Below are positions 16,182 to 24,042 of a stretch of 25,112 bases of DNA, piece after piece. A model generated the notes under the pieces. The model was given only the letters and a program-made list of their open reading frames with translations. It was not told the DNA's origin and made no database searches. The stretch's first letter is position 1, and each line of letters opens with the position of its first letter. Position numbers and translations under genes: made by a program. Origin of the DNA: a virus (lineage: Duplodnaviria; Heunggongvirae; Uroviricota; Caudoviricetes); the IMG/VR virus record IMGVR_UViG_2703718778_000012. The stretch is one strand, 5' to 3'.

Positions 16182-17240
16182 ATGAAGAAGAATACCCGCT
16201 TTGCTTTTAACGCTTACCTGCAGCAGCTGGCGCGTCTGAATGGTGTGGCAGTTGAAGAACTGTCCAGCAAATTCACTGTGGAGCCGTCTGTGCAGCAGAC
16301 GCTGGAAGACCAGATCCAGCAGTCCGCCGCTTTCCTGACGCTGATTAACGTCACGCCAGTGACTGAGCAGTCCGGTCAGCTGCTGGGGCTGGGTGTTGGC
16401 AGCACCATTGCCGGAACCACTGACACCACCGCGAAAGAGCGTGAACCTGTCGATCCGACGCTGATGGTCGATGTGGAATATAAATGCGAGCAGACCAACT
16501 TTGACACGGTGCTGACCTACGCGAAGCTGGACCTGTGGGCGAAGTTTCAGGATTTCCAGGTGCGTATCCGTGACGCCATCGTGAAACGTCAGGCACTGGA
16601 CCGCATCATGATCGGCTTTAACGGCGTGAAGCGTGCGAAAACCTCCAACCGTAGTGAAAACCCGCTGCTGCAGGATGTGAACAAAGGCTGGCTGCAGAAA
16701 ATCCGTGAGGATGCACCGGATCACGTCATGGGCAGCACCACCACGGGCGGCGAAACCACACCGGGTGCGGTGAAAGTCGGGAAAGGTGGCGAATATGCCA
16801 ACCTGGACGCTGTGGTGATGGATGCGGTCAATGAGCTTATCGACGTGGTCTACCAGGACGATGACGATCTGGTGGTGATTTGCGGTCGTGAACTGCTGTC
16901 TGACAAGTATTTCCCGCTGGTCAACAAAGAGCAGGAAAACAGTGAAAAATTGGCAGCCGATATGATTATCAGTCAGAAACGCATGGGCGGTCTGCAGGCC
17001 GTGCGTGCGCCGTTCTTCCCGCCGAATGCGCTGCTGATCACCCGTTTGGATAACTTGTCCATCTACTGGCAGGAAGATACCCGCCGCCGTTCAGTTATCG
17101 ACAACCCGAAACGTGACCGGATTGAAAACTTTGAATCCGTTAACGAAGCCTATGTGGTTGAGGACTACCGCTGCGCCGCACTGGTGGAAAACATCCAGAT
17201 TGGCGACTTCAGCGCCGCAGCAGCAGAAACCGGAGCGTAA
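16182..17240 (+). CDS. N: Major capsid protein (P2 gpN family)
   Basis: 352 aa. TRFAFNAYL...KFTVEPSVQQTL...LDLWAKFQDFQVRIR...GFNGVKRA.TS.RS.NP.LQDV..GWLQK...VGKGG.YA.LDA.VMDA...KYFPLVNKEQ.NSE.LAAD.IISQKR are near-collinear with P2 gpN. Confidence 0.95.
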   Translation: MKKNTRFAFNAYLQQLARLNGVAVEELSSKFTVEPSVQQTLEDQIQQSAAFLTLINVTPVTEQSGQLLGLGVGSTIAGTTDTTAKEREPVDPTLMVDVEYKCEQTNFDTVLTYAKLDLWAKFQDFQVRIRDAIVKRQALDRIMIGFNGVKRAKTSNRSENPLLQDVNKGWLQKIREDAPDHVMGSTTTGGETTPGAVKVGKGGEYANLDAVVMDAVNELIDVVYQDDDDLVVICGRELLSDKYFPLVNKEQENSEKLAADMIISQKRMGGLQAVRAPFFPPNALLITRLDNLSIYWQEDTRRRSVIDNPKRDRIENFESVNEAYVVEDYRCAALVENIQIGDFSAAAAETGA

Positions 17241-17243
17241 TTC

Positions 17244-17894
17244 ATGAGCCTGAGTCCCGCACGGCAGCATCGCCTGCGCGTTCAGGCTGAACAGGCCGCC
17301 CGCGAGGGCGGCAGTGTTCGCCACGCGTCGGGCTATGACCTGATGCTGCTGCAACTGGCGGAAGACCGCCGCCGTCTCAAGGGCGTTCAGTCCACGGTCA
17401 AAAAAGCGGAAATCAAGGTGGAGCTGCTGCCGAAATACGCCGCCTGGGCAGAGGGTGTCCTGGCTGCCGGAGGCGCTCAACAGGATGACGTGCTGATGTA
17501 CGTGATGCTGTGGCGCATTGATGCCGGAGATTATGCCGGGGCGCTGGAGATCGGGCGTCATGCCCTGCGTCATGGCTGGGTGATGCCTCTGGGTAACCGC
17601 AATGTGCAGACCGTGCTGGCAGAGGAAATGGCAGACGCGGCGCAGAGCGCAATGCTTGCCGCCACCGGCTTTGATGCTGATCTGTTGCTGCAGACGCTGG
17701 AGCTGACAGACGGTCTGGATATGCCGGACCAGTCACGGGCACGTCTGCATAAAGCGATTGGCACTGTCCTGAGTGAAAGCAATCCGGCTTCCGCCCTTAA
17801 TCATCTCAACCATGCGTTACAGCTCGATCCCCGCTGTGGCGTGAAAAAAGACAAACAGCAGCTGGAGCGCAGGCTGCGCAATGACAGCCGCTGA
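17244..17894 (+). CDS. M: Terminase small subunit / endonuclease (P2 gpM family)
   Basis: 216 aa. MSLSPARQHRLRVQAEQAARE...GAQQDDVLMYVMLWRIDAGDYAGALEIGRHAL...TLELTDGLDMPDQSRARLHK resembles P2 gpM. Confidence 0.85.
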   Translation: MSLSPARQHRLRVQAEQAAREGGSVRHASGYDLMLLQLAEDRRRLKGVQSTVKKAEIKVELLPKYAAWAEGVLAAGGAQQDDVLMYVMLWRIDAGDYAGALEIGRHALRHGWVMPLGNRNVQTVLAEEMADAAQSAMLAATGFDADLLLQTLELTDGLDMPDQSRARLHKAIGTVLSESNPASALNHLNHALQLDPRCGVKKDKQQLERRLRNDSR

Positions 17895-17989
17895 CAGAAC
17901 GTGCCCCCGCGCACGGGCGGCACGGGGTGGCGAAAGGCACTGCCACATCAAAACCCCGTCCACCGCCCTTTATTTCAGGAGAAAGCAGC

Positions 17990-18454
17990 ATGAAGTTTGT
18001 TGCGCCAGAACAGGCACCGGAACAGGCGGAAATCATCAGGAATACGCCGTTCTGGCCTGATGTGGACCTGTCGGAGTTTCGCAGCGTGATGCGCACTGAC
18101 GGCACGGTGACGCAGCCGCGTTTAAAGCAGGTTGCGCTGTCGGCAATTTCGGAGGTCAACGCAGAGCTGTATGAGTTTCGCAGACGCCAGCAGATGCTGG
18201 GGTATGCCTCGCTGGCAGAGGTTCCGGCGGAACAGCTGGACGGCAAAAGTGAGCGCATTCAGCACTATTTCAACGCGGTTTACTGCTGGGCACGCGCCAT
18301 GCTCAACGAACGTTACCAGGACTATGACGCCACGGCGTCCGGTGTGAAGCGGGGCGAGGAACTGGCGGAAGCAAGCGGTGATTTGTGGCGTGACGCCCGC
18401 TGGGCCATCAGCCGGGTGCAGGATGCGCCGCACTGCACAGTGGAGCTTATCTGA
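17990..18454 (+). CDS. L: Head completion / stabilisation protein (P2 gpL family)
   Basis: 154 aa from the ATG at 17990 with AGGAG upstream. Synteny after M. The ORF track's N-terminal extension from 17927 is discounted. Confidence 0.8.
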   Translation: MKFVAPEQAPEQAEIIRNTPFWPDVDLSEFRSVMRTDGTVTQPRLKQVALSAISEVNAELYEFRRRQQMLGYASLAEVPAEQLDGKSERIQHYFNAVYCWARAMLNERYQDYDATASGVKRGEELAEASGDLWRDARWAISRVQDAPHCTVELI

Positions 18455-18657
18455 TGAAAGTGCGTGCGTATCAGTATGACACGGTGGACGCGCTTTGCTG
18501 GCGTCATTACGGGCGCACGCAGGGTGTCACGGAGCAGGTACTGAAGGCAAATCCGGGGCTTGCCGAATACGGCCCCTTTTTACCTCACGGGCTGCAGGTG
18601 GAGCTGCCGGACATTCCGACCACCACCACCGTGCAGACCGTCCAGCTATGGGACTGA
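18454..18657 (+). CDS. X: Tail protein X (P2 gpX family)
   Basis: 67 aa. MKVRAYQYDTVDALCWRHYGRTQGVTEQVLKANPGLAEYGPFLPHG..VELPD matches P2 gpX (67 aa). Confidence 0.85.
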   Translation: MKVRAYQYDTVDALCWRHYGRTQGVTEQVLKANPGLAEYGPFLPHGLQVELPDIPTTTTVQTVQLWD

Positions 18658-18660
18658 ATT

Positions 18661-18876
18661 ATGACGCTTGAGCGAATCAGCGCCTTTATCACGTATTGCA
18701 TCGCCGTCGTGCTGGCCTGGCTGGGCGATTTGTCCATCAAGGATGCCTCAACGCTGGGCGGCCTGATGATTGGTGTGCTGATGCTGGCTATCAACTGGTA
18801 CTACAAACACAAAGCCTACCAGCTTCTGCGCGACGGGCAGATCTCGCGGGAGGACTATGAATCCATCAATCGTTAA
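18661..18876 (+). CDS. Holin (two-TM, pinholin-like)
   Basis: 71 aa with two hydrophobic helices (ITYCIAVVLAWLG; LGGLMIGVLMLAINWYY) and a charged C-terminal tail. Sits immediately upstream of and overlapping the endolysin gene. Confidence 0.6.
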   Translation: MTLERISAFITYCIAVVLAWLGDLSIKDASTLGGLMIGVLMLAINWYYKHKAYQLLRDGQISREDYESINR

Positions 18877-19372
18877 ACGCTGCCTTGTCGGGGCTGTGCT
18901 GGCTATTGCTGCCACGCTGCCGGGTTTTCAGCAGCTTCACACCTCCGTGGAGGGACTGAAACTGATCGCCGATTACGAAGGCTGTCGTCTGCAGCCGTAT
19001 CAGTGCAGCGCGGGTGTCTGGACCGACGGCATTGGTAATACATCGGGCGTCATTCCCGGCAAAACAATCACGGAGCGACAGGCAGCAGAAGGGCTGATCT
19101 CCAACGTGCTGCGTGTGGAGCGGGCGCTGGAAAGGTGTGTGAAGCAACAGCCACCGCAGAAGGTGTATGACGCTACGGTGTCGTTTGCCTTCAACGTGGG
19201 GACGGGCAATGCCTGTAGTTCCACGCTGGTGAAATTGCTCAATCAGCGGTGCTGGGCGGATGCGTGCCGACAGTTGCCGCGCTGGGTGTATGTAAAAGGT
19301 GTGTTTAATCAGGGGCTGGATAACCGCCGTGCGCGGGAGATGGCCTGGTGCCTTAAAGGAGCTGGACTATGA
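18857..19372 (+). CDS. K: SAR endolysin (phage lysozyme, T4-lysozyme/GH24-like)
   Basis: 171 aa. N-terminal signal-anchor-release-like segment (KRCLVGAVLAIAATLPGF) followed by YEGCRLQPYQCSAGVWTDGIGNT, a lysozyme catalytic region of the E-x8-(D/C)-x5-T type. GGAGGA Shine-Dalgarno upstream. Confidence 0.8.
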   Translation: MNPSIVKRCLVGAVLAIAATLPGFQQLHTSVEGLKLIADYEGCRLQPYQCSAGVWTDGIGNTSGVIPGKTITERQAAEGLISNVLRVERALERCVKQQPPQKVYDATVSFAFNVGTGNACSSTLVKLLNQRCWADACRQLPRWVYVKGVFNQGLDNRRAREMAWCLKGAGL

Positions 19373-19797
19373 CACGTGCGCTGGCGGTAGTGGCGGCGCT
19401 GGCACTCGTTGCGCTGGGCTGGCAGTCGTGGCGGCTTAACAGCGCCAGCCATACCATCGAAACGCAGCGCGCGGCGCTGAAAAGTAAAGCGCACGAACTA
19501 ACGAAGAAAAATAGCCAGCTGATCAGTCTGTCCATTCTGGCTGAAACCAACAACCGGGAGCAGGCGCGGCTCTACGCCGAAGCAGAACAGACCAGTGCAC
19601 TGCTGAGACAACGACAACATCGGATTGAGGAACTGAAACGTGAGAACGAGGATTTACGCCGCTGGGCTGATACTCCTTTGCCTGCTGACATTATCCGGCT
19701 GCGGGAACGTCCGACACTCACCGGAGGTGCAGCTTACCGTCAGTGGTTGTCCGCGAGTGACGCCGTGTCGGCTGGATCAGGCAACGTCGCGCACTAA
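19369..19797 (+). CDS. lysB: Rz-like inner-membrane spanin (P2 LysB analogue)
   Basis: 142 aa. N-terminal transmembrane helix (ALAVVAALALVALGW) followed by a coiled-coil periplasmic domain. Directly after the endolysin gene. Confidence 0.7.
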   Translation: MTRALAVVAALALVALGWQSWRLNSASHTIETQRAALKSKAHELTKKNSQLISLSILAETNNREQARLYAEAEQTSALLRQRQHRIEELKRENEDLRRWADTPLPADIIRLRERPTLTGGAAYRQWLSASDAVSAGSGNVAH

Positions 19798-19930
19798 CGG
19801 TGATCTGAACGCGTTGCTGGATGAAACGGAGGCCGCCTGGGCGGTCTGTGCAGACAAAGTGGACATGATTATTGCGTGTCAGGAGCGAAACAGTGAACAA
19901 ACCACAATCCCTGCGCCACGCCCTCAATAA
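19640..19930 (+). CDS. lysC: Rz1-like outer-membrane lipoprotein spanin (P2 LysC analogue), embedded in an alternate frame
   Basis: Signal peptide ending in lipobox LTLSG|C (MRTRIYAAGLILLCLLTLSGC). Embedded out of frame within the 3' part of lysB, as is typical for Rz1. The exact start and functional length are uncertain. Confidence 0.55.
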   Translation: MRTRIYAAGLILLCLLTLSGCGNVRHSPEVQLTVSGCPRVTPCRLDQATSRTNGDLNALLDETEAAWAVCADKVDMIIACQERNSEQTTIPAPRPQ

Positions 19931-20324
19931 AGCGGTGCCTTATGTCCGCAATAACCCGGACAAACTGCATCTGTTTGTGGATAACGGTTCGCTGGTTGCC
20001 ACGGGGGCCAGCTCCATGTCATGGGAGTACCGTTACACCCTGAACGTGGTGATTGAGGATTTCAGCGGCGACCAGAATCTGCTGATGGCCCCGGTTTTGC
20101 TGTGGCTGAGGGATAACCAGCCCGATGCTATCAATAACCTGGCGTTACGGGAAAAGCTATTCACCTTTGAGGTGGATATTCTGCGCAACGATGTCTGTGA
20201 TATCAGCCTGAACCTGCAACTGACGGAGCGTGTGCTGGTCAGCACTGACGGCAGTGTGTCGAGCGTTGAAGCTGTAGCGGAACCTGATGCACCTGAAGAA
20301 ATGTGGACGGTGAAACGTGGCTGA
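19893..20324 (+). CDS. R: Tail completion protein R (P2 gpR family)
   Basis: GTG at 19893 preceded by AGGAG (7-nt spacer). VNKPQSLRHAL...NPDKLHLFVDNGS...RYTLNVVIEDFSGD..LL.APVLLWLRDNQPD parallels P2 gpR. Confidence 0.85.
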   Translation: MNKPQSLRHALNKAVPYVRNNPDKLHLFVDNGSLVATGASSMSWEYRYTLNVVIEDFSGDQNLLMAPVLLWLRDNQPDAINNLALREKLFTFEVDILRNDVCDISLNLQLTERVLVSTDGSVSSVEAVAEPDAPEEMWTVKRG

Positions 20325-20763
20325 ACTGCAGAAGGTGGACGACTGGCTGAGTGCCTTGCTGGCGAATCTGGAACCAGCCACGAGAAGCCGCATGATGCGC
20401 CAGCTGGCGCAGGAACTGCGCCGGACACAGCAGCAGAATATCAGGATGCAGCGCAATCCAGATGGCAGCAGTTATGAACCGCGCAGGGTAACAGCACGTA
20501 GCAAGAAGGGGCGCATCAAACGTCAGATGTTTGCAAAGCTGCGCACCACCAAATACCTGAAAACCGCCGCCAGCGCCGACTCTGCCTGCGTACAGTTTGA
20601 AAGTAAGGTGCAGCGCATTGCCCGCGTTCACCATTATGGCCTGCGCGATCGCGTCAGCCGCAAAGGACCGGAAGTGCGTTACGCAGAGCGTCGTTTGTTG
20701 GGTCTTAATGGTGAGTCTTACGTTCTAACTCTTGATATATTGAATAGATTCCTTCTGTCTTGA
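20317..20763 (+). CDS. S: Tail completion protein S (P2 gpS family)
   Basis: 148 aa. ...LAQELRRTQQQNIRMQRNPDGSSYEPRRVTARSKKGRIKRQMF...VQRIARVHHYGLRD.VSR.GPEVRY parallels P2 gpS. GTG start overlaps the R stop. The last roughly 18 codons are AT-rich and overlap the convergent cargo gene. Confidence 0.85.
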   Translation: MAELQKVDDWLSALLANLEPATRSRMMRQLAQELRRTQQQNIRMQRNPDGSSYEPRRVTARSKKGRIKRQMFAKLRTTKYLKTAASADSACVQFESKVQRIARVHHYGLRDRVSRKGPEVRYAERRLLGLNGESYVLTLDILNRFLLS

Positions 20764-21511
20764 ATTCACCATATGCCCAATGAATTGCATTTTTTTGTTC
20801 AGTCAGAATATATTTCCTAACTTTTTTAGAATAGTGAATGGTCAGTATAAAACCCAAAGAAATCCATAATAGAATAAATATGGTTGTTGGGGCAAAGGAA
20901 TAGATAAAGAATTTGTCTTTAACGAAATTCTTGACTTCTTCATCAATGTAAGCATTCCCTTCATCAGTGGTTAGTAGTTTACAAAGAATTTCTTTATGTT
21001 CGATAGTTAATGATTTGTACTTCTCTGTACTGGCAGAGGATGACTCTTCGCAATCATCCTTTGATATTTCCCAATCAGGAGTGGTTAATATTGTAGCTGC
21101 AGTCGCCAGTTTTTTTGACATATAAAATGATTCACCGGACTTTATCCAATAAAGCAATGTGCTATTTGGTGGGGTTCTAATGGCTTGGATGAAAACTGGA
21201 CCAAAAATATAAATTGCATACAAAAAAAGAAGTGAAAAGAGAACCGTGATTGATTTTTCAGCCCATGTGATAGTAGGCAGCCTTTTTAATGATATTCGTA
21301 TAAGAAAAAAATTTAATATAAACGCAGGTATTCCTGATTTTTTCAAAATTACATCATGAGATTTTCTATATTTGAATAGTGCTCTTATAACTATCGTCAC
21401 CAAAGTTATAACAGCTCCAATAATGGAAATCCATGCGGCAAGTGCCGCTGCCGGGGTGTTTAAAAATTCAGCATTAAATATATTAGAACTTATTGGATTC
21501 ATAACACTCAT
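20705..21511 (-). CDS. Multi-pass membrane protein (cargo gene, unknown function)
   Basis: 268-aa ORF, strongly AT-rich. At least three hydrophobic helices (AALAAWISIIGAVITLVTIVI; SITVLFSLLFLYAIYIFGPVFI; FIYSFAPTTIFILLWISLGFILTI) flank a roughly 80-aa charged soluble segment. GGTGG Shine-Dalgarno 4 nt before the ATG. Inserted between S and V, antisense to the late operon. Confidence 0.7.
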   Translation of the reverse strand: MSVMNPISSNIFNAEFLNTPAAALAAWISIIGAVITLVTIVIRALFKYRKSHDVILKKSGIPAFILNFFLIRISLKRLPTITWAEKSITVLFSLLFLYAIYIFGPVFIQAIRTPPNSTLLYWIKSGESFYMSKKLATAATILTTPDWEISKDDCEESSSASTEKYKSLTIEHKEILCKLLTTDEGNAYIDEEVKNFVKDKFFIYSFAPTTIFILLWISLGFILTIHYSKKVRKYILTEQKNAIHWAYGEFKTEGIYSIYQELERKTHH

Positions 21512-21550
21512 TTATCCACCTATTGGTTGTTTTTTATCCTTTTATCAATT

Positions 21551-21568
21551 TGTACCATCGATACCACA
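21551..21568. promoter_or_regulatory. Candidate late-activator (Ogr/B-type) binding site TGT-N12-ACA upstream of V
   Basis: TGTACCATCGATACCACA fits TGT-N12-ACA and is centred about 55 nt upstream of the V ATG. Confidence 0.4.
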
Positions 21569-21614
21569 ATTTGCAAGAAGTTATAAACAAGTTTTCAGCT
21601 GTCATCATATATCT

Positions 21615-22193
21615 ATGAACGCACAACTAACCGAAATCATGCGCCTTATCACCAATCTGATCCGCATAGGTGTAGTCACCGAAGTGGACCGGGAAAACTG
21701 GCTTTGTCGGGTGAAAACGGGCGACCTTGAAACCAACTGGATTAACTGGCTGACGCTGCGCGCGGGTAATGCCCGCACATGGTGGCGACCATCGGAAGGT
21801 GAGCAGGTGGTGCTGCTGAGTCTGGGCGGCAATCTGGAAACCGCCTTTGCGTTACCCGCCATCTATTCGAATCAGTTCGCGCCACCGTCGACGTCGGCGG
21901 ACGCCTGCGTGACAGAACATCCTGACGGTGGCTGGTTTGAATACGAACCCGCCACCGGGCGCTGGTATGTCAGGGGCATCAAATCAATGGTCATTGAGGC
22001 CGCTGACAACATCACCATGAAAACCAGTGAGTTTGTACTGGAGGCTGACCGCACGCGCATTAACAGCGAAGTGGTGATCAATGGTGGTATTACCCAGGGC
22101 GGCGGAGCGATGAGTTCTAACGGGATCGTGGTTGATGCGCATCAGCATACTGGCGTCCTGAAAGGCGGCGATACAACTGGAGGCCCGGTATGA
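21615..22193 (+). CDS. V: Baseplate spike / assembly protein V (P2 gpV family)
   Basis: From the ATG at 21615: MNAQLTEIMRLITNLIRIGVVTEVD...WINWLTLRAGNARTWWRPSEGEQVVLLS.GG.LETAF.LP.IYS parallels P2 gpV. The ORF track's extension upstream to 21372 runs through the promoter region and is discounted. Confidence 0.85.
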   Translation: MNAQLTEIMRLITNLIRIGVVTEVDRENWLCRVKTGDLETNWINWLTLRAGNARTWWRPSEGEQVVLLSLGGNLETAFALPAIYSNQFAPPSTSADACVTEHPDGGWFEYEPATGRWYVRGIKSMVIEAADNITMKTSEFVLEADRTRINSEVVINGGITQGGGAMSSNGIVVDAHQHTGVLKGGDTTGGPV

Positions 22194-22549
22194 CTCTTTA
22201 TAGCGGGATGAACAATACCAGCGGCAAAGCCATTACTGATATTGACCATCTGCGCCAGTCGGTGCGGGACATTCTGCTGACACCACAGGGTAGTCGCATT
22301 GCCCGTCGTGAATATGGTTCCCTGCTGTCGGCACTGATAGATCAGCCACAAAATCCGGCGTTACGCCTGCAGGTTATGTCGGCTGTGTATGTGGCACTGA
22401 GTCGCTGGGAGCCACGGCTGACGCTGGATTCCATCACTATTAACAGCAATTTTGACGGTTCAATGGTGGTGGAGCTGACCGGGCGGCGGAATAACGGTGT
22501 GCCTGTGTCCCTTTCAGTATCAACAGGAGCAGAGAATGGCAGTGATTGA
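22190..22549 (+). CDS. W: Baseplate protein W (gpW/gp25 family)
   Basis: 119 aa. ...DIDHLRQSVRDILLTPQGSRIARREYGSLLSALIDQPQNPALRLQ...SRWEPRLTL parallels P2 gpW. Start overlaps the V stop (ATGA). Confidence 0.85.
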   Translation: MTLYSGMNNTSGKAITDIDHLRQSVRDILLTPQGSRIARREYGSLLSALIDQPQNPALRLQVMSAVYVALSRWEPRLTLDSITINSNFDGSMVVELTGRRNNGVPVSLSVSTGAENGSD

Positions 22550-23444
22550 CCTTTCGCAGTTGCCTGCGCCGCAGATTGTGGATGTGCCGGACTTTGAGAC
22601 GCTGCTTTCCGAACGCAAGGCCGAATTTGTGGCGCTTCATCCGAAAGATGAGCAGGAAGCAGTGATCCGCACGCTGGAACTGGAATCTGAACCCGTCACC
22701 AAATTGTTGCAGGAGAACGCTTACCGTGAATTGCTTCTACGCCAGCGCATTAACGAAGCCGCGCAGGCGGTGATGGTGGCTTACGCGATGGGCGGAGACC
22801 TTGACCAAATTGCTGCCAACTACAACGTGAAACGCCTGACGGTGACACCTGCTGATGATGACGCTGTACCGCCTGTTGCGGCTGTGATGGAAAGTGATGA
22901 AGCGTTACGCCTGCGTGTGCCTGCAGCCTTTGAAGGACTTTCAGTTGCGGGGCCAACTGCAGCTTATGAATTTCATGCCCGAAGCGCCGACGGTCGGGTG
23001 GCGGATGCCAGTGCAACCAGCCCAGCACCTGCAGAGGTGGTGCTGACTGTCCTTAGCCGCGAAGGCGATGGAACTGCAGAAAAGGACCTGCTGGACGTGG
23101 TGGAAAAAGCTCTGAACAGTGAGAACGTCCGCCCGGTGGCTGACCGTCTTACGGTTCGCAGCGCAGAAATCATCCCGTATCGCGTGGAAGCCACCATTTT
23201 TCTCTATCCGGGACCGGAAGCAGAGCCGGTAATGGCAGCGGCAAAAGCCAGCCTGCAGAAGTACATCGCCAGTCAGACGCGTCTTGGTCGGGATATTCGC
23301 CGTAGCGCCATCTTTGCCGCCCTGCATGTTGAGGGAGTGCAGCGTGTGGAGCTGGCTTCACCGCTGGCGGATGTGGTCCTGAACAAAACACAGGCGGCAT
23401 CATGTACGCAGTGGAGCGTAACCAACGGAGGAACGGATGAATAG
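22536..23444 (+). CDS. J: Baseplate protein J (P2 gpJ family)
   Basis: 302 aa from the ATG at 22536, identical in length to P2 gpJ; synteny. The track ORF begins 39 nt upstream in the same frame. Confidence 0.9.
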   Translation: MAVIDLSQLPAPQIVDVPDFETLLSERKAEFVALHPKDEQEAVIRTLELESEPVTKLLQENAYRELLLRQRINEAAQAVMVAYAMGGDLDQIAANYNVKRLTVTPADDDAVPPVAAVMESDEALRLRVPAAFEGLSVAGPTAAYEFHARSADGRVADASATSPAPAEVVLTVLSREGDGTAEKDLLDVVEKALNSENVRPVADRLTVRSAEIIPYRVEATIFLYPGPEAEPVMAAAKASLQKYIASQTRLGRDIRRSAIFAALHVEGVQRVELASPLADVVLNKTQAASCTQWSVTNGGTDE

Positions 23445-24042
23445 TCTGCTGCCACCGGGTTCAACACCACTGGAGCGCCGACTGGCGCAAACCTGCAGCG
23501 GGATTTCTGATCTGCAGGTGCCGCTTCGTGACTTGTGGAATCCGGCAACCTGTCCGGTCAGTTTCCTGCCTTATCTCGCCTGGGCGTTCTCTGTGGATCG
23601 CTGGGACGAGGGCTGGACAGAAAGCGTCAAGCGCCAGGTGGTGAAGGATGCTTTTTATATTCATCAGCATAAAGGGACCACCAGTGCCGTGCGGCGGGTG
23701 GTGGAGCCGTTCGGCTTTCTGATCCGCATTATTGAGTGGTGGCAGACCGGAGAGGTACCGGGCACGTTTCGCCTGGATATCGGCGTGCAGGACCAGGGCA
23801 TCACTGAAGATACCTATCTGGAACTTGAGCGACTGATAAGCGATGCCAAACCATGTAGCCGTCACATGATCGGCATGTCCATCAACCTGCAGACCAGCGG
23901 CCCGCATTGGGTGGGAGCCGCCAGCTATCTTGGCGAAGAAATCACGATCTATCCGTATATCAACGAAACAATTATTTCCGGCGGCACCGCGCATAAGGGT
24001 GGGGCGGTCCATGTTATTGACACAATGAGAGTGAATCCATGA
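23437..24042 (+). CDS. I: Tail/baseplate protein I (P2 gpI family)
   Basis: 201 aa. LPPGSTPLE...ELWNPATCPVSFLPYLAWAFSVDRWDE.W.E..KR.V..DAFYIH.HKGT..A.RRVVEP.G.LI...EWW......PGTFRLDIGV...GITE parallels P2 gpI. Confidence 0.85.
   Translation: MNSLLPPGSTPLERRLAQTCSGISDLQVPLRDLWNPATCPVSFLPYLAWAFSVDRWDEGWTESVKRQVVKDAFYIHQHKGTTSAVRRVVEPFGFLIRIIEWWQTGEVPGTFRLDIGVQDQGITEDTYLELERLISDAKPCSRHMIGMSINLQTSGPHWVGAASYLGEEITIYPYINETIISGGTAHKGGAVHVIDTMRVNP

Noticed and set aside
15635-16724. Long minus-strand ORFs (151, 131 and 220 aa) antisense to the scaffold and capsid genes
   Set aside because: They lie entirely inside well-supported genes O and N on the other strand; translations are Arg/Cys/Ser-rich and low-complexity, typical of shadow ORFs in GC-rich DNA.
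17091-17742. Minus-strand ORFs of 160 and 109 aa antisense to N/M
   Set aside because: Pro/Arg/Ala-rich shadow frames within conserved structural genes.
17895-17989. GC-rich imperfect inverted repeat followed by a T-run between M and L
   Set aside because: Stem pairing is imperfect when written out; a possible terminator or attenuator, but not convincing enough to call.
21372-21614. N-terminal extension of the V ORF given in the ORF track
   Set aside because: The extension reads through the AT-rich promoter region and the start of the convergent membrane-protein gene; the gpV-like sequence begins at the ATG at 21615.
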